64,000 nt of DNA from an uncultured Verrucomicrobiae bacterium (GCA_963755515.1 CAVWKA010000005.1:108114-172113); one strand, 5' to 3'; numbered from the stretch's first letter, positions 42,077-52,499 are shown. Notes: generated from the letters alone by a model not told the origin. Program-made: numbers and translations.

Positions 42077-42337
42077 TCAACTCGCCGCCGGGGCGACGGC
42101 CTTGCCGGCCTTCTTGATGAAGCTGGCCACGGTGTCGCTGGGCTGCGCGCCCTTGCTCAGCCAATACTTCGCGCGATCCAGGTTGAGCGTGAAATTATCC
42201 CCCTTCTTCAAAGGCTGGTAAGTCCCGATTTCCTCAATAAACTTCCCGTCACGGGGACTGCGGCTGTCGGCCACCACGATGCGGAAGGCCGGCAGGTTCT
42301 TGGTGCCGACACGTTTCATGCGAATTTTTACTGCCAT
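42077..42337 (-). CDS. rpsP: 30S ribosomal protein S16
   Basis: [20 protein letters not shown] and GAQPSDTV motifs. Confidence 0.97.
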   Translation of the reverse strand: MAVKIRMKRVGTKNLPAFRIVVADSRSPRDGKFIEEIGTYQPLKKGDNFTLNLDRAKYWLSKGAQPSDTVASFIKKAGKAVAPAAS

Positions 42338-42528
42338 AAATTTATCAAAAGAGCAGGGAAAATATCATTTGCGCGCGGGTTTGCAAGCACTGATTTTTGG
42401 ATTTCCTCCCTGCCCTTTTGGCCGATTCGAGGGCGTTTGAGGAAAAACCATGGCCGCGCGGCGGGGCCAAATTGCGATGGGCGAAAAAATAAATTGAAAA
42501 AGATTGCCTGCACCCGGAAACTAACCCC

Positions 42529-43008
42529 GTGAGCCAGCCGTATGAGGAAATCCTGGAGGGCGCCGCCTTCCCCCGCTCCGCGCCCGATCCGCGGCACGAA
42601 ATCATTTGCGACCGCCTCCATTCGGCGGTGAACGCCAGCGTCGCCAACATTTCCACCGCTCAATTGCTCACGCCCCGCACAAAAATCCAGGTCGCCCGCT
42701 CCACAGCCCTTCGTCCCGACCTCGCCCTCATCATGGTCGCCACTCAAAGGCTCTTTTTAGCCGTCGAAATCATCGCTCGCGGCGACCACAACGCCGATAC
42801 CGTGGTGAAAAAGGAGGTTTATGAAAAAATCCGCGTCCCCCGTCTCTGGATGGTTGACCCGCGCTATGACAACGTCGAAATTTATCACAGCACCGAATTC
42901 GGCCTGCAATTAAAGGGCATCCTGGCCGGCCGCGAAATTTTGACGGAGCAATTGCTTCCCGAATTTCAAATGGTCATCTCCGAAATATTCGCCATGCCGC
43001 GCGCTTGA
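42529..43008 (+). CDS. Uma2/DUF820 family endonuclease-like protein
   Basis: RPD, LAVEII, KKEVY and LWMVDP motifs. Confidence 0.8.
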   Translation: MSQPYEEILEGAAFPRSAPDPRHEIICDRLHSAVNASVANISTAQLLTPRTKIQVARSTALRPDLALIMVATQRLFLAVEIIARGDHNADTVVKKEVYEKIRVPRLWMVDPRYDNVEIYHSTEFGLQLKGILAGREILTEQLLPEFQMVISEIFAMPRA

Positions 43009-43066
43009 TTTTTTTGAACTCAGCGTTAGTGTTACTGTTACAGTAGAAAGGAAAGGAATAACAATT

Positions 43067-43399
43067 ATGAAAAAAATGATATTAACGCTTGCCGCCGGAA
43101 TTTTCCTGGCGGCAACGGCCGGACGCGCGCTGGCCGCCGATCCTGTCACCATCACCGGAACCATGGTTTGCGGCAAATGCACCCTGCACCTCACCAAAGA
43201 GTGCCAAAACGTCGTCGAGGTCGCTCAGGGAACTAACACGGTGTATTATTTTCTCGAAATGAATGACGTGAGCAAAGCCGCGCATGACCCGATTTGCGAC
43301 CCGGGTTCTTCAGAAAAAGTCACCGTGACCGGCACCGTCGAGGTAAAGGACGGCAAGGAAGTCATGACGCCGGCCAAAATCGTAGTGCTGAAGTCTTAA
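43067..43399 (+). CDS. small exported Cys-containing protein (DUF6370-like)
   Basis: Signal peptide; CGKC..., HDPIC and VTVTG motifs. Confidence 0.7.
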   Translation: MKKMILTLAAGIFLAATAGRALAADPVTITGTMVCGKCTLHLTKECQNVVEVAQGTNTVYYFLEMNDVSKAAHDPICDPGSSEKVTVTGTVEVKDGKEVMTPAKIVVLKS

Positions 43400-43439
43400 A
43401 ATTGGAATGGAAGAGGGCATCTTTTCCATCTTCCATCTT

Positions 43440-44249
43440 CTATCTTCGTTCCCCGCCTTTTGTGGCCCGGCGGTTAAACTCCACGGCGTCCGCATAGCGC
43501 ACGCTGCTGCCGCCAAATATATCCAGCGCCGAGCCGATGGTCAGATCCACTTTGCCGCCACTCAGCCGCGTGACCTCTTCCAAATCGGCCAGTGAATTCG
43601 CCCCGCCGGCGTAGGTCGCCGGTATGGAAGTCCAGCTCCCGAGTTTTTCCACTAATTCGCGGTCAATGCCTCGGCACAAACCCTCTACATCCACGGCGTG
43701 AACCAAATATTCAGCGCAAAAATCGGACAATTTTCGCAGCGTTTCAGCGTTCACCTCCAACTCGGTGAACTTCTGCCACCGGTCGGTGACCACAAAATAA
43801 GCAAGACCGCCAGACGTCCGGCTTTGGATCTTGGGTTTTGGGCTCTGCTTCCGGCAACTCAAATCCAGCACCAGCCGCTCTCTGCCAATGCCTTTGACCA
43901 GTTCCTTCAACCGTCCCCAATCCACACGGCCTTCGCGGAAGACCCAACTCGTCACGATGACATGCGACGCCCCGGCATCGAGCCAATCGCTGGCGTTTTG
44001 GGCGTTCACCCCGCCGCCCAGTTGCAAACCGCCCGGATACGCCGCCAGCGCCGCGCGGGCTTCGGTCTCGTTCCCGGGGCCAAGCTGAATGACGTGCCCG
44101 CCGGCCAAACCGTCGCGCTTGTAGCGTTCCGCAAACCAGGCGGCGGATTTTTCGGAAATAAAATTTGTCCGCAGATGGGCCTCGCCCAGCGTGCCGCCGA
44201 CGATTTGTTTCACTTTGCCCTCATGCAGATCAATGCATGGACGAAACAT
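43440..44249 (-). CDS. hisA: phosphoribosylformimino-5-aminoimidazole carboxamide ribotide isomerase, His6 (eukaryote-like) type
   Basis: FRPCIDLH.GKVKQIVGG, RLVLDLSC, HAVDVEG and DLTIGSALDIFGG motifs. Confidence 0.92.
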   Translation of the reverse strand: MFRPCIDLHEGKVKQIVGGTLGEAHLRTNFISEKSAAWFAERYKRDGLAGGHVIQLGPGNETEARAALAAYPGGLQLGGGVNAQNASDWLDAGASHVIVTSWVFREGRVDWGRLKELVKGIGRERLVLDLSCRKQSPKPKIQSRTSGGLAYFVVTDRWQKFTELEVNAETLRKLSDFCAEYLVHAVDVEGLCRGIDRELVEKLGSWTSIPATYAGGANSLADLEEVTRLSGGKVDLTIGSALDIFGGSSVRYADAVEFNRRATKGGERR

Positions 44250-44410
44250 GGCGTTCAAAGTAAAGCGCCCGATGAGACGCGGAAAGCCCAAACGACGAAG
44301 CCGTGGGAGCGTGCAATCTGCCTGAACGTGACAATCCGGAAAACTTTTCGCTTTTCCCATTAAAAAATTTGACGAAATGCGGCGGAAGTAGAATCTTGTC
44401 GGGCTAGTCA

Positions 44411-47317
44411 TTGAAAAAGTTGTCATTCAAACTCAGGCCGTGGCTCGTCGTTGTCGCCTTGCTCGGTGGTTTCATCTGTTCCACGAATGCCAATCCCTAC
44501 GGATTGGATTCGCGCCCCTCCGTCGGCCCATTTCTAAATGGCGCCATGCCCGAAATTGCCCCCGCCATCTCCGGAAATTGGTCGGCGGTTGACGCCTTCC
44601 CGAATTTGCTGTTCACCAATTCAGTCGGCCTTACCTCCGTGCCCGGCACAGACCTGCTTTGCGTCTGGGAACGCGAAGGCCGCATCTGGACCTTTGAAAA
44701 CTCCCCCGGCGTCACCCAAAAAAAACTTGTCCTGGATATCCACAATCAGTGCCAGGGATGGGACGATTCCGGCCTGCTCGGCGTGGCATTTCAGGCCGGT
44801 TTTCCCACCAACCATTACATCTTTGTCTATTATACCTGGGTCAAGCCCGGGACCGTCGTCGGCGACGCCTACACCCGCCCCCCTCAGGCGGTGCCTGACA
44901 CCTACCACGACCGGCTCTCGCGCTTTACACTCGACGCCAACGGCGTCGCCATTCCCGGCTCGGAGACGGTCCTGATTGATTTGTTGGATGACACGATTTG
45001 GCACCACGGCGGCGGAATGTTTTTTCATCCCAAAAACGGGTTCCTCTACCTGACCATCGGAAACAATGCCACCCCCGACAACGACCAGATCATCAATCGA
45101 AGCCTGTTCGGCGGCGTCCTGCGGTTGGACGTTGACTGCCGCGGCGGCAACATCAGCCATCCGATTCCACGCCAGCCGCTCAACGGCCATACCGCGCATT
45201 ATTTTATTCCCAACGACAATCCGTTCGTCGGCGGAACCAATGCCCTCGGCGAAACCAACGTCCTCGATGAATTTTTTTGCCTCGGCCTCCGCAGCCCGCA
45301 TCGCATGACGTATGACCCGGGAACGGGCAGGATCTTTATCGGTGACGTCGGTGACAGCGCGCGCGAGGAGGTGGACATCATTGAGCCGGGCGAAAAGGGC
45401 CTGAATTTTCAATGGCCTTACTGCGAAGGCAAACTCGGCACCATGAAGCTCCCCTGCATCGGCATCAGCCGCGGCCCGGTCCTCGATTATCCGCACACCG
45501 ACGGCCGCGCCATCATCGGCGGATACGTCTATCGCGGCAAAAAATTCGCGCGCGACCTCGGCGGCAAATATATCTTTGGCGACAATGTCTTTCGCACGGT
45601 TTGGGCCATGGACGAAACCACCACGCCGGACAGCAAAACGCTTCTCGCTGTCATGCCCAAGGGCACCGGGCCAAATTCCGGCTCCGATTACACCGGCCTT
45701 TCCTCTTTTGGCACCGATGCCAACGGCGAAATTTATTTTTGCCAGATGAGCAGCATCGGCGGGCATATTTATACGCTCGCCCGCGGCGGCCCTCCGCCCC
45801 CAACACATCCCATTCCCAAATTGCTGTCACAAACCGGTGTGTTTTCCGATTTAAAAACCATGACGCCGGCCAGTTTCCTGATTCCCTATGACGTCAACAC
45901 CCCGCTTTGGTCCGATGGCGCGGCCAAGTCCCGCTGGATCGCTTTGCCGGACCATTCCCAAATCCATTTCTCGAACACACGCGAATGGAAATTCCCCGAC
46001 GGGACCGTTTTCGTGAAAACTTTTTCATTGCCCGTGGATGATGCCAATCCGAAAATCCTTCGCCGGCTCGAAACCCGCTTGCTCGTGCGCGACACCAACG
46101 GCGCCGTCTATGGCGCCAGCTACAAATGGCGGCCGGATGATTCCGATGCCGACGTCGTCAACGCCGGCATCACCGAACCTATTCAAATCAAGACCACCAC
46201 CGGCGCGCGCATCCAAAACTGGTTTTTCCCCGGCAAGCAGGATTGCTTGACCTGCCACACGCCGCAATCCGGCGGTGTCCTCGGCGTCAACACCCGCCAA
46301 CTGAACCGCCATTTCACCTACCCCAACGGCGTCACCGACAATCAGCTTCGCGCGCTCAACCATATTCATGTCTTTGATGCCGTGCTCCATGAAGAACAAA
46401 TTTCGCAAATGGACCAATTGGTTGCCATCACAAACACTGACGCCCCTTTGGATTTGCGCGCCCGCTCCTACCTCGACGCCAATTGCGCGCAATGCCATCG
46501 TCCCGGCGGTGTCGGCGCTTTTTTCGACACGCGATTTGACACGCCGCTCGGCCAGCAGGGACTCATCAACGGTCCCGTCGCCAACCCCCTGGGTATTTCC
46601 GGCGCTAAAATCATCGTGCCTGACGACCCATCCAAATCCGTATTGTTCCATCGCATCAACGAGCTCGGCGATTCCCAAATGCCCCCGCTTGCGCGCAATG
46701 TCATAGACACCAACGCCGTTGCCACCATTGACGCGTGGATCCGTTCGCTGCCCCTGACCCATTCGTCCCTGCCCCAAAACTGGTTGCACGCCAATATCGG
46801 CGACGTGGGCAAAAAAGGCGACGCCAACTATTTGGACGGCCGCTTCAACGTCATCGCCTCCGGCGCCGATATCTGGGGCACCAACGACGGATTCCATTTT
46901 GCCTGCACTTCCCTGGATGGCGACGGCCAGATTGTCGCGCGCGTCATGGCCATGCAATACACCGACCCCTGGGCCAAGGCCGGCGTCATGTTCCGTGAAG
47001 GTCTTGGGACTGGCGACAAATATGCCACCATCGTCGTCACCGCCGGCGGCGCTTCCGCTTACCAATGGCGTCCGTCTGAAAACACCGCCGGCCGCAACAC
47101 CGACGGCCCCACCGTCAATTTCCCGTTTTGGCTTAAGCTCGTCCGCGCGGGCGACACGTTCTCCGGTTATGTCTCCCCCGACGGCCTCACCTGGCATCGC
47201 GTGGACGATATCTCTGTCCCCATGGCGAAAAAAATTTACGTCGGCCTCGCCGTCAGTGCCCACAACAAAACCCTGTTGAATTCGGCATTGTTCGACCACG
47301 TTCAAGTTTCACCGTAG
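44411..47317 (+). CDS. exported PQQ-dependent sugar-dehydrogenase-like beta-propeller + diheme cytochrome c + C-terminal ConA-like domain
   Basis: HHGGG, GLRSPHR and GDVG..REE (GSDH-like) motifs; CLTCH and CAQCH heme motifs; GADIWG..D and AKAGVMFR beta-sandwich. Confidence 0.85.
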   Translation: MKKLSFKLRPWLVVVALLGGFICSTNANPYGLDSRPSVGPFLNGAMPEIAPAISGNWSAVDAFPNLLFTNSVGLTSVPGTDLLCVWEREGRIWTFENSPGVTQKKLVLDIHNQCQGWDDSGLLGVAFQAGFPTNHYIFVYYTWVKPGTVVGDAYTRPPQAVPDTYHDRLSRFTLDANGVAIPGSETVLIDLLDDTIWHHGGGMFFHPKNGFLYLTIGNNATPDNDQIINRSLFGGVLRLDVDCRGGNISHPIPRQPLNGHTAHYFIPNDNPFVGGTNALGETNVLDEFFCLGLRSPHRMTYDPGTGRIFIGDVGDSAREEVDIIEPGEKGLNFQWPYCEGKLGTMKLPCIGISRGPVLDYPHTDGRAIIGGYVYRGKKFARDLGGKYIFGDNVFRTVWAMDETTTPDSKTLLAVMPKGTGPNSGSDYTGLSSFGTDANGEIYFCQMSSIGGHIYTLARGGPPPPTHPIPKLLSQTGVFSDLKTMTPASFLIPYDVNTPLWSDGAAKSRWIALPDHSQIHFSNTREWKFPDGTVFVKTFSLPVDDANPKILRRLETRLLVRDTNGAVYGASYKWRPDDSDADVVNAGITEPIQIKTTTGARIQNWFFPGKQDCLTCHTPQSGGVLGVNTRQLNRHFTYPNGVTDNQLRALNHIHVFDAVLHEEQISQMDQLVAITNTDAPLDLRARSYLDANCAQCHRPGGVGAFFDTRFDTPLGQQGLINGPVANPLGISGAKIIVPDDPSKSVLFHRINELGDSQMPPLARNVIDTNAVATIDAWIRSLPLTHSSLPQNWLHANIGDVGKKGDANYLDGRFNVIASGADIWGTNDGFHFACTSLDGDGQIVARVMAMQYTDPWAKAGVMFREGLGTGDKYATIVVTAGGASAYQWRPSENTAGRNTDGPTVNFPFWLKLVRAGDTFSGYVSPDGLTWHRVDDISVPMAKKIYVGLAVSAHNKTLLNSALFDHVQVSP

Positions 47318-47437
47318 AGGTGGTCGGCTTGCCTCCGTTCCCGCCTCGACAAATCACGGAAATTTCCTAAATTTAAGGATTGTTTCGATTTGCCGCGCTA
47401 TTCGCAGCATTTGAAAATCGTAAATCGTAAATCATCA

Positions 47438-48217
47438 ATGAACAAACCTTTGGTCATCGCCGGGCAGAATCTTCCGGTCCCGCCTCATCCTCGGCACGGG
47501 AAAATTCTCGTCGCCCGAAGCCATGCGCGATGCCCTCGCCGCCAGCGGCGCGGAAATGGTCACCGTCGCCCTGCGCCGCGCCGATTTGACCGGCAAAGGC
47601 GATCCCTTCGCGAACATTTTGGAGTTCATTGATCCAAAACGATTTCTCTGCTGCCCAATACCAGCGGCGCGATGAATGCCGAGGAAGCCGTCCGCCTGGC
47701 CCGCCTCGCCGCCGCCGCCGGCCTGCCCAAATGGGTGAAGCTCGAAATCCATCCCGACCCCCGCTACCTGCTGCCCGACCCCGTCGAAACCTTTCGTGCG
47801 GCGGAATCCCTCGTCAAGGAAGGGTTCACCGTGCTGCCCTACATCAACGCCGACCCGGTTCTGGCGAAACGCCTCCAAGACGTCGGCGTGGCCACCGTCA
47901 TGCCCCTTGGCTCGCCCATCGGCTCCAATCGCGGCATCCAGACACGCGACCAGATTCGCATCATCATCGAACAGGCCACCGTGCCGGTCGTCGTGGATGC
48001 CGGTCTCGGCGCGCCCAGCCATGCCGCCGAAGCGATGGAAATGGGCGCCGACGCCGTGCTCGTGAACACCGCCATCGCCGTCGCAAACGACCCGAATAAG
48101 ATGGCCGTCGCATTCAAGATGGCCGTCGAGGCCGGACGCGCCGCGTTCGAATCCGGCTTGACCGCGGAAAATGAAACCGCCAGCGCAACCAGCCCGTTGA
48201 CGGCTTTTTTGGACTGA
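47438..48217 (+). CDS. thiG: thiazole synthase (5' frameshifts)
   Basis: [29 protein letters not shown] and VLVNTAIA motifs. Confidence 0.92.
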
Positions 48218-48230
48218 TTCTCGATTTTTT

Positions 48231-49250
48231 ATGAGCGCAAAAATTTTGTCCGCCTCCCGCGCGCCGGCAAATCCTCTCCGCCGCCAATAAGTCGCGTGTT
48301 CTCGTCCTCGGCGACGTCATGCTGGACCACTTCATCTGGGGAAGCGTGGCCCGGATTTCGCCCGAAGCGCCCGTGCCCGTCCTGGATTTCGAGCGTGAGA
48401 GCTTCATGCCCGGCGGCGCGGCCAATGTGGCGCGCAACCTCGCCGCCCTCAACGTCTCCGCGGAAATTTTCGGCGCGGTCGGCGATGACGACGCGGCTCG
48501 ACGGTTGAAGAAACTTTTGACCGCGCAAATGGTCGGCTTGTCCAGGCCTCGTTTCCAATCCCGCCCGCCATACCAGCGTCAAAACGCGCGTCGTCGCCCA
48601 TAAACAACAGGTCGTGCGCATTGACCGCGAGACGCGCGACGGCCTGGATGCCAAGCTGACGGCCAAATTGTTGCGCGCGCTGAAATCAAAGCTCAAGGAC
48701 GCCGACGCCCTCATCATCGGCGATTACGGCAAGGGAGCCGTCACGCAACCGCTGTTGAATGAAATCAAATCGCTCTGCCGCGGGCGCGGCATTTGGCTGA
48801 GCCTCGACCCCAAGCCGGTGCATCGTTTGGACTTGAGCGGCCTGTCCCTCATCACGCCAAACCGCAAGGAAACTTTTGAACTGGCGGATTTGCCCGATGA
48901 AACCCGCCAGCGACAATCCGCTCGCCGACCAAAACCTCATGCGCGCCGCCGATTTTCTCCTCAATGAATTGCGCCCCGCGCTCCTGCTCATCACCCTCGG
49001 CGAGTTGGGCATGCTCCTTTGCCAGCGCGGCCAAAAGCCCTTTCACATCCCCACCGTCGCGCAGGAAGTGTTCGACGTTTCCGGCGCGGGCGACACCGTG
49101 ATTGCAACGTTCACCCTCGCAATCACGGCGGGCGCGTCGCCGGTCGAAGCCGCAATTCTGGCCAATCACGCCGCCGGTATCGTCGTCGGCAAAATCGGCA
49201 CCGCCACGCCGTCCACCGAGGAATTGCTCAAAAGTTTTACAACCCGTTAA
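48231..49250 (+). CDS. rfaE1: D-glycero-beta-D-manno-heptose-7-phosphate kinase (RfaE domain I), frameshifted
   Basis: GDVMLD...RISPEAPVP, PGGAANVA, DYGKG, TPNRKE and DVSGAGDT motifs. Confidence 0.88.
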
Positions 49251-49387
49251 GCCGCCCGGACTGCTTGATCAAAACTCCATGTCACTGATAATTCCATATG
49301 GGTCGTATCCGTCCTCTTCGTCCCATTTCCCCTCCCCTTGATGGATGGATCTTGAGGCCGATGATCAATCACCCGGCAATTAGAGAA

Positions 49388-50161
49388 ATGAAAATCACCG
49401 TCGCAACCATCCGCGCCATGAAAAGCCGCGGCGAAAAAATCGCCTCGCTCACCGCCTACGATTTCCCCACCGCAAAACTTCTCGATGAAGCCGGCGTGCC
49501 GATGATTCTGGTCGGCGATTCGGTCGGCATGGTCGTGCTCGGCTATCCCGATACAACCCACGTGACCATGCCCGAAATGGAGCACCATGTCCGCGCGGTT
49601 TCCCGCGCAAAACCAACTTCCCTCCTCGGCGCGGACTTGCCGTTCAAAAGTTACCAAACCGTCAAAAACGCCGTCGCCAATTCAAAAAAACTCGCCGCCG
49701 CCGGCGCGGAATTTGTCAAGGCCGAAGGCGGACGGGAGATTCTGCCGCAAGTCCGCGCCATCATCGTCGCCGGTATCCCGTTTTGCGGCCATCTGGGAAT
49801 GTTGCCGCAGCACGTTCGTGAAGAAGGCGGCTACCACGTCAAAGGCAAAAGCGAAAATGAGCACCTGCAACTGCTCGAAGATGCCAGGCTGCTGGAAGAA
49901 GCCGGCGCCTTTGCCATCGTTTTGGAATTGGTCACGCCCGCCGTCGCCAGGGAGATTTCAAACTGTATTTCCATTCCGACAATCGGAATCGGCAGCGGCG
50001 CGGATTGCGATGGGCAAATCCTGGTGACCACCGATCTCATCGGGTTGTTTCCGTGGTTTCGTCCCCGCTTTGTGAAACCACGCGCCGATTGCGCCGGCCA
50101 AATCAAGTCCGCCGTCGCCGCCTGGAAAAATTCCGTCGAATTGCCGGAAAAAAGGAAATGA
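49388..50161 (+). CDS. panB: 3-methyl-2-oxobutanoate hydroxymethyltransferase
   Basis: LTAYD, LVGDS, GHLG and PTIGIG.G..CDGQILV motifs. Confidence 0.96.
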   Translation: MKITVATIRAMKSRGEKIASLTAYDFPTAKLLDEAGVPMILVGDSVGMVVLGYPDTTHVTMPEMEHHVRAVSRAKPTSLLGADLPFKSYQTVKNAVANSKKLAAAGAEFVKAEGGREILPQVRAIIVAGIPFCGHLGMLPQHVREEGGYHVKGKSENEHLQLLEDARLLEEAGAFAIVLELVTPAVAREISNCISIPTIGIGSGADCDGQILVTTDLIGLFPWFRPRFVKPRADCAGQIKSAVAAWKNSVELPEKRK

Positions 50162-50198
50162 TGCTAACGTTTTGGATGTTGCCTTGTCGAAATCCTCG

Positions 50199-50549
50199 AT
50201 GAGATTTTACGCCGTCATCTTGATTTTGGCATCGGCCGCCGGTTGTGCGTCCCGCTCCGGGACGCAGCAACAGCAGGCGTTTCTAGCCGGCCAAAACGCC
50301 GCCCTTCGCCAGGAGCAGGAATCCCAGTCCGTCACCGTCATCGGGCCTGTCCAGAATCCTCACGTCCCCTGGGTCGTGGGCTTGACGCTGGCGCAGGCGA
50401 TCGCCACGGCCGATTACATCGGCACGAGCGCCCCGCGCACCATTACCATCACGCGCAACGGCGAAAAAGCGGTGCTGGACCCGAAAGTTCTGCTGCAAGG
50501 CGCGGACGTGCCGCTCGACGCCGGTGACATTGTCGAAGTTGAGCCGTAA
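50199..50549 (+). CDS. lipoprotein with SLBB-like domain
   Basis: Lipobox AAGC; 'VTVIGPV', 'LTLAQAIA' and 'L.AGDIV' motifs. Confidence 0.65.
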   Translation: MRFYAVILILASAAGCASRSGTQQQQAFLAGQNAALRQEQESQSVTVIGPVQNPHVPWVVGLTLAQAIATADYIGTSAPRTITITRNGEKAVLDPKVLLQGADVPLDAGDIVEVEP

Positions 50550-50728
50550 CCGCCTGCTTGCCGCTCCATGGGAGTTCCAGAAAAACTGTAGCCGCGTCAT
50601 TTCCTTCTGGTTCGCTTTGACTGCAACATAACCTCTGGCGCAGCCGCCAACTAAAACCCGTAGGGGAAATGGCGCTTAGTTAGGATACAAAACTTTGGTA
50701 CGCAATGACATGCCTGGATGCCGCTGAT

Positions 50729-50795
50729 CAGCGCCGTAGGTGCGGAATATTTGTAGAAATCGGACAATAGTAATATTCCAGCTCCGTAGGTGCGG
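50729..50795. repeat. REP-like tandem repeat pair
   Basis: cagcgccgtaggtgcgg and cagctccgtaggtgcgg, 50 bp apart, each containing GTAG. Confidence 0.6.
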
Positions 50796-50936
50796 CATCT
50801 TCTGCCACGTAACATGGTCTGCCAAAATGTGTTATGCGAATGACTTCTTAACCCCAAACCTGCTGAAATTTCTTTTTAGCTTGGACAACCTTTGTCCCAC
50901 CCCCTCTGCCAGGATTGTCGCGAAGAAAGGCAAATT

Positions 50937-51152
50937 ATGACGACAATCAATATCACAAATCAACAACTCGAACTGGGGCTGGCTGGCCTCAAAATCTCCG
51001 CCGCTCCCCCGCTAGGCCGCGTCGCCCGCGCCAACTGGTGGTTCGCGCAAATGCGCGGCGTCGTTGGCCAGGCGATGGATTGGAGCCTCCCCGCCGAACC
51101 GCGCCCGGAGCAGGTCTGGATCCCCGGCGCGACCCGCGAAATCAACGTGTGA
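50937..51152 (+). CDS. small hypothetical protein
   Basis: RBS-like GAAAGG; 71 aa 'QLELGL...RANWWFAQMR..V..AMDW'. Confidence 0.6.
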   Translation: MTTINITNQQLELGLAGLKISAAPPLGRVARANWWFAQMRGVVGQAMDWSLPAEPRPEQVWIPGATREINV

Positions 51153-51157
51153 GCGTC

Positions 51158-51303
51158 CCATGAACCGTCTCCGGAGCGCGGGTCTGCGACCCGCAGCAAC
51201 TTCCTCAAGCAGAAGAAGTATGGAGCAAACGATAGCGCGCGAGAAACTCGGCCATCGCTGCGGCTCACAGAGCCGCGCTCCGGTGGCGCCTGGCGGTTCA
51301 TGG
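51158..51303. mobile_element. MITE/REPIN-like nested inverted-repeat element
   Basis: Outer IR ccatgaaccg/cggttcatgg; inner 27-bp IR (51171-51197 vs 51257-51283, 3 mismatches), each arm itself hairpin-like. Confidence 0.65.
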
Positions 51304-51411
51304 TCGCAATGCATGCGAAAACAATTGAAAAGGAAGCTTCCCAAGTCCGCCCTCCGCGCGGCAACCACAACCGCGTCCGTCTCCACCCGGTTTCGATGCG
51401 ACTCGCGCCGG

Positions 51412-52044
51412 TTATTTTTCGGAATAACCGGCGCGCACAAATTCACGCACCACCGCCATTTCCGCTTCACCGTAAATGGTGTGGTCTTTGGGAAATTCGC
51501 GCCAAAGAATGTCGAAGCCGGCCGCCTTCAATCGCTGCGTCTGTTGGCGCACTTCCGCTATCGGAATCAACGAATCAAATTCGCCATGCGTCAGCAGCAG
51601 CCGCTGTTGCCGCGCCACCGGCGATGCCTCTTTTAACAACTGTTCCACCTCAAATATCCAGCCGCTGATGCCCACCAGTCCCGCCAGCTTGTGCGGATAT
51701 CGCAGGCCCGCGTCCACCGTCATCAGGCTGCCTTGCGAAAAGCCGCCCAGGGTCATTTGTTCGGGCGCAAAACCGTTGGCGCGCAATTCATTCAGCATCT
51801 CAAACAGCAATTTGCGGCTGCGCAATATCCCCGGCTTCACGTCCCCCGGATAATCGAACCAGGAAAATCCCTCGTAGTATTCGTCCGGCGCGTTGACAAG
51901 CAGATAATTCAACCACGGCAAATCCAGGACCTCGGGCAGCCAGCGATAGCCCTCGATGCTGTCGCCGAGGCCGTGGAGCATCACCATCAATCGCCGGGAA
52001 TCTTTTTGCGGGGCGGAAATCAATTCGGAATGCAGCACGGTCAT
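51412..52044 (-). CDS. phospholipase/carboxylesterase (alpha/beta hydrolase)
   Basis: LHGLGD, GFSQG, HG..D and H catalytic motifs. Confidence 0.9.
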   Translation of the reverse strand: MTVLHSELISAPQKDSRRLMVMLHGLGDSIEGYRWLPEVLDLPWLNYLLVNAPDEYYEGFSWFDYPGDVKPGILRSRKLLFEMLNELRANGFAPEQMTLGGFSQGSLMTVDAGLRYPHKLAGLVGISGWIFEVEQLLKEASPVARQQRLLLTHGEFDSLIPIAEVRQQTQRLKAAGFDILWREFPKDHTIYGEAEMAVVREFVRAGYSEK

Positions 52045-52499
52045 TTTTGAGATTTCAATTTCGCGGCTTCGGCGTCCAGCCAGTCTTCCAGTTCCTGTCG
52101 CTGGCTGTCCGTCAGCCGCGCGTCGGCATGGATCAAGGTGTATTTTTTCAATGGCATTTCATCGTAACCGATTTCATCGCTCATGTCCTCCAGCTTCCGC
52201 GCCGCCCGCAGCGGATTGTCCACCGGCCAAGCCGAGAGGTTCAGATGCCCCCGCCCCCGCTCCACGTCGCTCGCAATCAGCCATGACACCGGTGCGACAT
52301 GCGAATACCACGGCCAGCGCGTTTCATCCGAATGGCAATCATAACAGGCCGCGCGCAACAGTGCCGCGACTTCGGGCGGCGCGTTGGTGATCGGAAAACT
52401 GCTCTTTACCGGCGGATTGACGTGCGGAGCGTTGGCCAATTGCAGCAAGGCGAATGCGACAACCGGCGTGGCCACGATCCATTGAATTCTTTTTCTCAT
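52041..52499 (-). CDS. heme-binding domain (Haem_bd) protein
   Basis: ACYDCHS.ET.WPWY..VAPVSW and MPL..Y...H motifs. Confidence 0.88.
   Translation of the reverse strand: MRKRIQWIVATPVVAFALLQLANAPHVNPPVKSSFPITNAPPEVAALLRAACYDCHSDETRWPWYSHVAPVSWLIASDVERGRGHLNLSAWPVDNPLRAARKLEDMSDEIGYDEMPLKKYTLIHADARLTDSQRQELEDWLDAEAAKLKSQK

Noticed and set aside
41124..42337. Absence of rimM from rpsP-khpA-trmD-rplS
   Set aside because: Operons lacking rimM occur in PVC-lineage bacteria; cannot claim loss from one window
47438..49250. thiG and rfaE1 as genuine pseudogenes
   Set aside because: All motifs are retained across frames with no substitution decay; consistent with consensus indels
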